In this document: positions 46,903 through 54,391 of the stretch, in pieces | Numbering within the stretch: position 1 is the first letter of the stretch | Layout: each line of letters opens with the position of its first letter | IMG/VR virus record: IMGVR_UViG_3300009168_000014 | Location: 1-54,391 of that record | From: a virus | Taxonomy: Duplodnaviria; Caudoviricetes | Length of the DNA stretch: 54,391 nucleotides | Direction: 5' to 3' (one strand) | Notes under the pieces: generated by a model | The model's input: only the letters and a program-made list of their open reading frames with translations | Told to the model about the DNA's origin: nothing | Databases searched by the model: none | Position numbers and translations under genes: made by a program

Positions 46903-46958
46903 TTAGGGACCACCAAGGATGGGAGTTTCTGCTCCTTTCTCCTGTCCTTGGCCCCTAA
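46903..46958 (+). terminator. Hairpin after the major capsid gene
   Basis: CCAAGGATGGGAG pairs with CTCCTGTCCTTGG; flanked by TTAGGG/CCCTAA; no U-tract. Confidence 0.5.
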
Positions 46959-46987
46959 AATATTAGAAATAATTTGGAGGTTAAACA

Positions 46988-49348
46988 ATGTTAATAGTCG
47001 ATGCAATTAATAGGTATGGTTCTATCATGTTGCCATCCCTCTTAAATAGAGCCAACGGAAATATCTATTTTGTGGATTCCGGCAATACAGCCGGAGCCCT
47101 CAACGCCGATGATGGTGAGCATGGTCAAACGTGGGAAAAACCCTTTGCCACAATTGATTATGCCGTAGGTTTCTGTACGGCAAATAACGGGGATGTTATT
47201 CTGGTGGCCCCAGGTCATGCAGAATCAATGGGGCTGGCTGGAGCTGCTGCGGTTGTTTTGACGGTGGATGTGGCTGGTATAACCATCATAGGACTTGGCG
47301 AAGGTGCGGCTCGTCCCACCCTCACTAATGCTAGTAATGTTGAGGTAGTACTAGCGACGGTCTCCGCAGCGAATGTCACTATTAAGAATTTGCTGCTGTA
47401 TACGAATGTGGATGCTGTCGTCCAACAGATGACAGTGACCGGCAGTGATTGTACACTTGAGAATGTAGAATTCAGAGATGCCGCCTCGAATAAGGAAACC
47501 CTCAGTCAGTTGGTTGCTACTACGGTATCAAGACTGCACGTCAAGGATTGTTTCTTCAACGGCTCGGTTGCTGGAGACGCATGTCTAAGGCGTATTGGCC
47601 TGGCTGCCGTTACAGATGCACTCATTGAAGGATGTATCTTCAAAGGTGTTGCAAGTACATCAGAAATTGATTTGTCAGGAACTCTCAGTACAGGCGTTAA
47701 AGTCAAGGATTGTATATTCCAGAATACCGGTACGGCTCTGACGAAGAATGTTGTGGACACCATCACAGGCAGTACGTGGTCGGTCATTAACAGCTTCGAT
47801 GTGATTGGAAACTATACATTCTCCGGTGGAACAGGCGTGGCGGTAGCTTCAGACGATGCCGGAGCGATTGCGACTGCTGTTAGTGGTATTAATACTGACA
47901 CTTCTAAGATTGAAGATGCCGCACTGACTGGAACGCCCACTACAAGTTCTCTCTCGACGTTTATAGCAACTGGTGGCACTGCATTAGGTACTGCCCTCCC
48001 TGCAAGTACATCATTGTATGATGTTGTAAAAGCATTGTACAAGACAGCAGCGGGCACGGGAGTATACCCGACTGGCGTAACCGATGACAGCATTATAGCA
48101 ATGATGCTGAGCAAATCGGCCACGGCCTCGGCATCTAGTTATGATAACACGACAGACTCACAGGAAGCTATAGCTGATGCAGTTACTCTGACAGCTAAAA
48201 CGACGGAATTACTGAGTGCTGGAACAAATGATTTGAATGCTACATGTAAAGCATCTATTAATACAGAAGCCGATTCAGCACTGAGTGACATCAATGCAGA
48301 CCATCTGGCGAAGGTAGCTTGCGGCACGATTACAGACCCAATAGGAATGGCAGAAATAACTGACCACTCCATATTGGCCAATGTATTGACAGATGATGGT
48401 GACGCATCGGATTATGATAGGAGATACCACTCGATAGAATCACTGGCGAAAATCCTACAGATTCAGATGGGTTATCAAATGAGGTCGATTGCTGGTTCAG
48501 CTATGCCGATTGCCATATGGTATGTCGATGCAAATATTGCTGCGTCTGGTGATGGCAAGACTCCTGCAACAGCATTCAAGACTATGCAGGAAGCTATTAC
48601 TGCGTGTACGACTACGGCCGATGACTGGATTTTGGTCTACGACTACTCAGGTGGCGACACCGCAACCATTACTATAGATAAGCCGTTTGTGCATATCATA
48701 GGTAATGGCTGTAGAGGTATGGCTTATCCTCGTATTATGCCGACTGGTAACTTTGATGGCATCACTCTTACGGCGGCGGCCGATAGGGTAGAGATTGCCA
48801 ATATGGTTATTGGTGGCGGTACACAGGGCTATTCAGCTATCGCATTTGATTCCGCTGCTGGTGCTTATGGTGTTTACATCCATGATTGTGTCTTAGGCCG
48901 TGATGCCAATGCTCCTGCTCTCTACGGTATCTCTATACCGGCGGGTTCAGATGCTCCATATCTCGTTGTGGATAACAACAGATTCTATGGGTCTGATGGT
49001 GCTGGTATCGCAGCGGCTGGCAGTGCAATTCGTATAGCCGGTAACGCTACACACGGTGAGATTACCAACAACTTCATTCAGGATGTTGGTAGAACCGCAA
49101 CCCCAGCGATTTGGGTTGATGGTTCAGGTGTGAACCTCCGTATCGAAGGTAACAGGATTAAAACTGATACCGATACAGGAACTGGCAGTGCGATTACGCT
49201 AAGTGCTAATGTAGACGACAGCTGGATTGCAGGCAACTGGGCCAGTGATGGCAAAGATGCTCCTGCACAGAATCCGTTTGTCGATGGTGGCAGTACCAAT
49301 GGATGGGCTGAGAACTACTCAGGAATCGTAGCAGTATTACCTGCTTAA
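46988..49348 (+). CDS. Virion protein with two parallel beta-helix (pectin lyase-like) modules
   Basis: Two caps (IYFVDS...GQTWEKPFATIDYAV...DVILVAPG and IWYVDA...GKTPATAFKTMQEAI...DWILV), each followed by beta-helix repeats. Confidence 0.7.
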   Translation: MLIVDAINRYGSIMLPSLLNRANGNIYFVDSGNTAGALNADDGEHGQTWEKPFATIDYAVGFCTANNGDVILVAPGHAESMGLAGAAAVVLTVDVAGITIIGLGEGAARPTLTNASNVEVVLATVSAANVTIKNLLLYTNVDAVVQQMTVTGSDCTLENVEFRDAASNKETLSQLVATTVSRLHVKDCFFNGSVAGDACLRRIGLAAVTDALIEGCIFKGVASTSEIDLSGTLSTGVKVKDCIFQNTGTALTKNVVDTITGSTWSVINSFDVIGNYTFSGGTGVAVASDDAGAIATAVSGINTDTSKIEDAALTGTPTTSSLSTFIATGGTALGTALPASTSLYDVVKALYKTAAGTGVYPTGVTDDSIIAMMLSKSATASASSYDNTTDSQEAIADAVTLTAKTTELLSAGTNDLNATCKASINTEADSALSDINADHLAKVACGTITDPIGMAEITDHSILANVLTDDGDASDYDRRYHSIESLAKILQIQMGYQMRSIAGSAMPIAIWYVDANIAASGDGKTPATAFKTMQEAITACTTTADDWILVYDYSGGDTATITIDKPFVHIIGNGCRGMAYPRIMPTGNFDGITLTAAADRVEIANMVIGGGTQGYSAIAFDSAAGAYGVYIHDCVLGRDANAPALYGISIPAGSDAPYLVVDNNRFYGSDGAGIAAAGSAIRIAGNATHGEITNNFIQDVGRTATPAIWVDGSGVNLRIEGNRIKTDTDTGTGSAITLSANVDDSWIAGNWASDGKDAPAQNPFVDGGSTNGWAENYSGIVAVLPA

Positions 49349-49384
49349 TAGTGTTGGTTAGTTACGGAAAGGAGTATGTAAAAA

Positions 49385-49774
49385 ATGCTCGGTGCAATAT
49401 GCAGATTTCGCAAGGACCAACACCGTATTATCCATCCGAAGTTCGAGAATTGGATTAAGAGGCATGTCCCTGATGAAAGACTCAGGGACAGCCTTTTTGT
49501 TTACTACCATCGGATACATAAGACCTTTGTTGTAGCCCAGTGGAAATCATATAAGCGGGGATTTGTAGATGTATTGAATTTGGATACAGAACCACGATTA
49601 TATCCCGAACAGGCTAAACAACTTTTAGATTCACTTCGTCATCCCGTCAGCGGCCACGAGATTGCAGAAAACCTACGGCTGTCTGAGTGGGACCAAACAA
49701 CGAATCAATCACAACTACGACAACACGTTGGAGAGTTACAGACATGGAAACCCAAAATACAAATAACAGTGTAG
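49385..49774 (+). CDS. Hypothetical protein
   Basis: AAAGGAG RBS. Confidence 0.55.
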   Translation: MLGAICRFRKDQHRIIHPKFENWIKRHVPDERLRDSLFVYYHRIHKTFVVAQWKSYKRGFVDVLNLDTEPRLYPEQAKQLLDSLRHPVSGHEIAENLRLSEWDQTTNQSQLRQHVGELQTWKPKIQITV

Positions 49775-50067
49775 GTGGTCGTCCCAACAATGGCGGAGAT
49801 TGGTTTCGCTGGATTACACTACTTATCACTATTATAACATTAAATACTACGGCGATTCTATATGTTGCCGGAATGGGTACGGCGATTACAGTCTGCGAAG
49901 AGAAAATAGCAGCTATGGAACTGGCAGGCAGTCACATAGCACGGGATACACAGATAGCTGTTGCAGAGTTATCGGCGGAGTTCGCCATAACTAGAAAGAC
50001 AGTAGATAAGATAAGTGATAAGCTTGATGCTCATATGGCGATTGAAAACAGGACATATAAGAATTAA
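49744..50067 (+). CDS. Membrane-anchored coiled-coil protein (holin-like?)
   Basis: TM segment followed by coiled coil ending KISDKLDAH. Confidence 0.45.
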   Translation: METQNTNNSVGGRPNNGGDWFRWITLLITIITLNTTAILYVAGMGTAITVCEEKIAAMELAGSHIARDTQIAVAELSAEFAITRKTVDKISDKLDAHMAIENRTYKN

Positions 50068-50079
50068 TCTGGAACCACA

Positions 50080-50550
50080 ATGGCATATATAAGTCCTACA
50101 TCAACTAATACTCCATCTGGATGGACAGACCCATCTTATGCCATCGATGGCGATGTCGAAATTTACGCCGTTGATGGTTCTGTTCCAAACGAGACTGGTG
50201 TATACGGCAATCCGTTAACTTTTAACTTGGGCGGAACTTATAATATAAACTCAATTCAGTATTGGGGTGAACAAAACAATGAATCCGCACAGGGCGACTT
50301 GTATATCAAAATTGATGTTTATAACACATCAAATTCTACATGGGAAAATGTGTATCAGGGCCAAAAACTGACAAATCCGTCCATACCTCAAACCGTAGAT
50401 TTCACAACTAAACCAAGTGATAAGTACCGTATTTCGCACGCTTTAGAGCTTGGCGACCCTTACGGTGATGGTGTTATAATGTGGGAAACTAAGTACCAAA
50501 AAGCCTCTTCAGCAGTGCCCGCAATATTAAGATTAAGGAATGATATATGA
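50080..50550 (+). CDS. Discoidin/F5-8-like carbohydrate-binding virion protein
   Basis: PSYAIDGD...LTFNLG..Y.I.SI...W..V...KYRI...WE pattern. Confidence 0.55.
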   Translation: MAYISPTSTNTPSGWTDPSYAIDGDVEIYAVDGSVPNETGVYGNPLTFNLGGTYNINSIQYWGEQNNESAQGDLYIKIDVYNTSNSTWENVYQGQKLTNPSIPQTVDFTTKPSDKYRISHALELGDPYGDGVIMWETKYQKASSAVPAILRLRNDI

Positions 50551-52700
50551 GTCAGGAATTAAAAGTATCAACTGCAAGCCAGAAGGTTTTAGGGATTGGG
50601 TTCTATAGTCCCTCAGATGGCGTCACTCCCGTGACCCCCCCTGCCGACCTAACCGGATACAATGCCTCGAATAAACGGGCTAAGTTCGTGAAGGCGGATG
50701 GGTCGATGGTTGACCTGGCAAGCTACACGTTGAGCACTCTATCAAACTTTGAAGGGCAGGCAACCCTGACACTGGCCAATAATACAACTGATACCAATAC
50801 TCTGGGAGATGCAAAAATAATTATTGAGGACCACGCAACGCATTGCCCGATAGTAATATCACTACAAGTTGTCAGTGCACAATACTGGGATGCTAAGTAT
50901 GGAACGGGTAATTTCTCGGCGGATGCAAAAGTAGTTTCTGATAAGACGGGATATGCTTTAGTATCTACAGGTCTTGATGCTGTTACAGCATTTGGTACAG
51001 GCTCGGCTATGAAGGCAGTTAAAGATAAAACAGATAATCTTCCTGCATCTCCAGCAGCAGTGGGTAGCGCTATGACGCTGGCTGATGCTTCAATTAAAGC
51101 GGCGACCTTTGATGGGACAGGGGCATTTCCACTGGCGGCGGTGGATAGCGGTACCACACAGATAGCAAGAAGAGGCAGCACTGAAATAAACATAACAACC
51201 CTCAATACGAACCTGACTACACTGCTAAGCGATACTGCAAATATCCTGGTGGATACTGGATTGATTAAAGGGTATACAGATGGGGCGGAGGCTGCAATAA
51301 CTACGGTTGAGGGGAAAATAGATACAATAGATACTAATGTGGATACAATTAAGACACATAGTACGGCGATAAACGGGAAGCTTCCGACAGCGGCATATTT
51401 AACTGGAACGACTGAGGCAGACGGGACTATTAGTGCACACGATTTGAATGATATTGGTATGGAGATTATGTCCCATAGCGGAATCTTCGGGCCTGGGAAT
51501 AACCAGATAGTCTTGACTATTCGCACAACTACAGGAACGACTATTCCGGAGTGCGAAGTGTGGGTAGGGGTTTCCAACGACCCATCAACTTCGATTGTAC
51601 AACCAGCTTTTACCAGCTCCAGAGGCACGGTTGCCTTTATGTTGGAACACTTAACAGGCACGGATTACTACTACGTATTCTGCCGGAAGACAGGATATGG
51701 CTTTAATATGACATCTCCGGCTAATAGGTTCCAACCAACGGCACTTGTGGAAGCTTTCACGTTTGATATTGGTGCCGTAGCGACTCTTGGTTCCACTAGT
51801 TATACCTCGGATAGTTTTATCACAAGAGCCCTGGCGAAGATTAGGGAACAGGTGGATGAGCCAGCGTTGAATGCAAAGTATAGTGATACAACATTGATTG
51901 CCCTGATGGAACAGAAGTATCCAGAGATTCTTGGGGAGATTAACAGGAATAGCCAGACACCAGTTGTGGCGAGGACGACTGTTACCTATGATGGGACAAC
52001 GGAAGACTATATGTTGCCAAGTACTATTGGAACTATTGTGGCTATATATACCCTTGAATCAACGGGGTACAAAACCTTCTATGAGAGTATGGGACAGTAT
52101 AATACCGCTGGCCGTGGAATCTGGCTGGAAGGTAACAATCTACATGTCCAGTCTGGTATACTAAATACCAATACGGTTATCACAATAGAATCCCTGCCTA
52201 GCGGGATAGCCAGACTCTGCAACGGCACTTGTACAATAGCCTCCGATGGACTGTCAGCCACACTACCGGTTAGTGCACTAGTGGGTACACGAGACTTGCA
52301 CGAGGAGGCCTATAATGGTAGTGTATTTAGGCTACTGCGAAGTACAGAATCAGCATACGACACTATTCAAGATAGACTGATAACTAGTTATGATGCCCTG
52401 ACGAGGGTAGCCACATTCGATAAAGCTTTGTCCCCTATCCCATTATCTGGGACCACCTACTTTGAGATTGCACCGCATATGATGTATTCGCTGGATATGG
52501 TAATTGCAACATATGTTGCAGCAAGAATCTCTGCAACCGAAGGTAATATGGAACGGTCAAATGCTCTGATGGCTTCTTATCGGCAGACCCTTAGACATCT
52601 GAGGTTATCGGCCTTTTACTCAAATCTGATGGAAGCCGCAAAACAGAAAGGCGATAGTTTCGACCAAAGACGCTATAGGCAGAGGAGTCGTTATACTTAA
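50547..52700 (+). CDS. Virion protein with a C-terminal head-tail adaptor / tail tubular A-like domain
   Basis: IREQVDEP...YSD..L...Y.LPS adaptor-like region; N-terminal coiled-coil and beta domains. Confidence 0.5.
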   Translation: MSQELKVSTASQKVLGIGFYSPSDGVTPVTPPADLTGYNASNKRAKFVKADGSMVDLASYTLSTLSNFEGQATLTLANNTTDTNTLGDAKIIIEDHATHCPIVISLQVVSAQYWDAKYGTGNFSADAKVVSDKTGYALVSTGLDAVTAFGTGSAMKAVKDKTDNLPASPAAVGSAMTLADASIKAATFDGTGAFPLAAVDSGTTQIARRGSTEINITTLNTNLTTLLSDTANILVDTGLIKGYTDGAEAAITTVEGKIDTIDTNVDTIKTHSTAINGKLPTAAYLTGTTEADGTISAHDLNDIGMEIMSHSGIFGPGNNQIVLTIRTTTGTTIPECEVWVGVSNDPSTSIVQPAFTSSRGTVAFMLEHLTGTDYYYVFCRKTGYGFNMTSPANRFQPTALVEAFTFDIGAVATLGSTSYTSDSFITRALAKIREQVDEPALNAKYSDTTLIALMEQKYPEILGEINRNSQTPVVARTTVTYDGTTEDYMLPSTIGTIVAIYTLESTGYKTFYESMGQYNTAGRGIWLEGNNLHVQSGILNTNTVITIESLPSGIARLCNGTCTIASDGLSATLPVSALVGTRDLHEEAYNGSVFRLLRSTESAYDTIQDRLITSYDALTRVATFDKALSPIPLSGTTYFEIAPHMMYSLDMVIATYVAARISATEGNMERSNALMASYRQTLRHLRLSAFYSNLMEAAKQKGDSFDQRRYRQRSRYT

Positions 52701-53758
52701 TGAGTACAACAATCTCCATAGATGGATTAGATGCCCCAGATGCCCCGTCCAGTCTTAGAGGACGGACACAGGTAGGTCTCGGCACAAAACTCGTTGGTGG
52801 TTTCCAGCCAAAGACCCCTTGGGGTTTCGGTTCACTCTCCACGGCGTTACTAGAACCTGCTTCCGCTGGAAATGCTATCTCCGCACAAGGTGCCGCTATC
52901 TCTCTTGGTGATATCTTTAATAATATCAGCTATAGAGCTGGGGATAATTACGCCGGTGATATTACCACTAATCTTGGAGATATTATCAATAACTATTTCC
53001 AGGGAATTATTGGTCCCGAAGGCCCCCAGGGTCCAGAAGGACCCGCTGGAGCTGATGGTCAAATAGGCCAAGATGGTCGGATTGGAGCTGATGGACCAGC
53101 TGGGGCTGATGGAGCAACAGGTCTTGCCCCAGCTCACGAGTGGTCGGGGACATCGCTGAGGTTTGCAAATCCTGATGGGTCATGGGGTTCTTTTGTTAAT
53201 CTACAGGGACCGGCTGGAAGTGGGAGTGGAACAGTTTTACAAGTGGGATATGTATCTGCAATTTCTGGAGGGTATCTTCAGATAAAGGCTTTGGAGTTTG
53301 ACACAGGGCAGACAACCGTGACGGGAGATACTGTACTTGCACGAATGACTCCTATGACTTGTTCTGTACTGAATACGAATGGGACTTCCGGAGAACCTAT
53401 CTTGAAGAATGATTTTGTATTTGTATGGCAGGATGGGGGAGGTGATTGGGTTTGTGTCCCAATTTCTGGTATGATGGGATGTCGCCGTAAAGCAAAGATT
53501 AATTCTCCTCTTTATCCTTCTGCGGTAGGTGAAACTTATGAGTGTAATGCCTATGATATATTTGGTAATGAAATTTCTGCGAGTGCGGATTTTGGAATTG
53601 GCCAACGACTCTTAGTGCGATTTAAGATGTTTGGGGGAAGTTCGCTTGCAACTATCGCTCCTCGCCATCAGGCAGGGGATATTATTGCTATTAGTTATAA
53701 CCCTACAACACGAGAATGGGAGTCGGACTACACTTATTTTGGGGTCGTGAATCACTAA
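52700..53758 (+). CDS. Collagen-repeat tail fibre protein
   Basis: (G-X-Y)n GPEGPQGPEGPAGADG...; HEWSGTSLRF.NPDG.WG..VNLQGP. Confidence 0.7.
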   Translation: MSTTISIDGLDAPDAPSSLRGRTQVGLGTKLVGGFQPKTPWGFGSLSTALLEPASAGNAISAQGAAISLGDIFNNISYRAGDNYAGDITTNLGDIINNYFQGIIGPEGPQGPEGPAGADGQIGQDGRIGADGPAGADGATGLAPAHEWSGTSLRFANPDGSWGSFVNLQGPAGSGSGTVLQVGYVSAISGGYLQIKALEFDTGQTTVTGDTVLARMTPMTCSVLNTNGTSGEPILKNDFVFVWQDGGGDWVCVPISGMMGCRRKAKINSPLYPSAVGETYECNAYDIFGNEISASADFGIGQRLLVRFKMFGGSSLATIAPRHQAGDIIAISYNPTTREWESDYTYFGVVNH

Positions 53759-54391
53759 TGATAGGAACATTAACACCACAACTCTTAATGGATACTGCCA
53801 CAGGAAATCTACTGTATGACGTGATAGGTAGTAGAATTCTTGCCCAGAATGCCTCTTGTATGTTTAGTATCGACTCAGAGGATGTTCCAGGGCCTCAATT
53901 CATTATTGGAGCACAAAAATCCTATTCGGCTTACTGGATAAAAGAGGCATATGGATATGATGAATATGATAATCCATCTATTACTACAGATGAGAATCTG
54001 ACTATTATTAGACAAAATGGTGGAGTTAATCTCAGTACTATCTATGGTCAAGACCGAGGCCATATTTCTTATCCGAGTGGGAGCTCTCTCTTCAATCTGA
54101 TTCAATATAGGGGAACTCATCCTACGACTGGAATTATCTATGAACTCAATGGGAATAATATACTCAAGCTTAATCCTACATTACTAACTGCGACAAGGAT
54201 TATAATCTCTTTTCCAGCGGGGTCCACACGCCTTAAGGTGCGGTGGTACTATGATTCTGCTCTTGCTAAGATGGTTGCTATTGTTCTAATGCATAAATCT
54301 ACTGGGTATCTCTGGATAGTAAAATATGATGAGGATGGCACATTCATAGCAGAAATTAATACTAATAAGACTGGCGGCTCTGTTGGTGATA
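53758..54391 (+). CDS. 5' part of a putative tail/receptor-binding protein (continues to 665 across the join; ~391 aa in total)
   Basis: ATG at 53758 overlaps the stop of the previous gene (TAATG); the frame is open to ATG 54271, which equals position 3; missed by the linear ORF track. Confidence 0.8.
   Translation, partial: MIGTLTPQLLMDTATGNLLYDVIGSRILAQNASCMFSIDSEDVPGPQFIIGAQKSYSAYWIKEAYGYDEYDNPSITTDENLTIIRQNGGVNLSTIYGQDRGHISYPSGSSLFNLIQYRGTHPTTGIIYELNGNNILKLNPTLLTATRIIISFPAGSTRLKVRWYYDSALAKMVAIVLMHKSTGYLWIVKYDEDGTFIAEINTNKTGGSVGD
54269..54391. repeat. Terminal overlap, identical to 1-123
   Basis: Exact match to the first 123 bases. Confidence 0.95.

Larger units (their letters stand above)
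879..52457. repeat. Dispersed 11-bp motif CTGGGACCACC, at least 17 exact copies on both strands
   Basis: Starts: 879-, 3233+, 5480-, 7426+, 10005-, 13142+, 15394-, 18820+, 21070-, 24907+, 28679-, 34544-, 37400+, 41075-, 41338+, 44386+, 52447+. Confidence 0.9.

Noticed and set aside
879-52457. 11-mer as a Chi site, phage promoter or protein-motif artefact
   Set aside because: Not co-oriented with replication or transcription, mostly intragenic, and read in different frames; it only partly resembles E. coli Chi (GGTGG)
54269-54391. 123-bp terminal repeat as a biological direct terminal repeat
   Set aside because: It falls mid-gene and the ORF continues across it; most likely assembler overlap of a circular or permuted genome
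1-54391. Alternative genetic code or diversity-generating retroelement
   Set aside because: Core genes are full length in the standard code with dense packing; no reverse transcriptase or TR/VR pair seen

Overview
The window looks like a complete circular dsDNA bacteriophage genome of about 54,268 bp. Bases 1-123 repeat exactly at 54269-54391, and one gene (start 53758) runs across that join. There are three arms. (1) A + strand morphogenesis arm (~37.5 kb across the join to 10.6 kb): TerL, portal, GroES-like co-chaperonin, scaffold, major capsid, beta-helix and collagen fibre proteins, tail tubular-like proteins and large internal/ejection proteins. No tape-measure or sheath gene is visible, so it is podovirus-like. 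(2) A - strand replication and nucleotide-metabolism arm (24.7 to 10.5 kb): UDG-PolA fusion, ERCC4 nuclease, MT-A70 methyltransferase, PD-(D/E)xK exonuclease, Sak4-like ATPase, SSB, MCM-like ATPase, MazG, dATP/dGTP diphosphohydrolase-like, NDT-like and metallophosphoesterase genes. (3) A purine-skewed + strand early arm (25.3-35.4 kb) with a ubiquitin-like module (Ubl, E1/ThiF, JAB/JAMM protease and a 1206-aa possible E2-containing protein) and two truncated tRNA-like elements. The most unexpected signal is an 11-bp motif, CTGGGACCACC. It has at least 17 exact copies spaced around the genome, almost strictly alternating in orientation, in several reading frames and in intergenic DNA. Sigma70-type promoters and AGGAG ribosome-binding sites indicate a bacterial host. 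All product calls come from motif recognition by eye, with no database searches.
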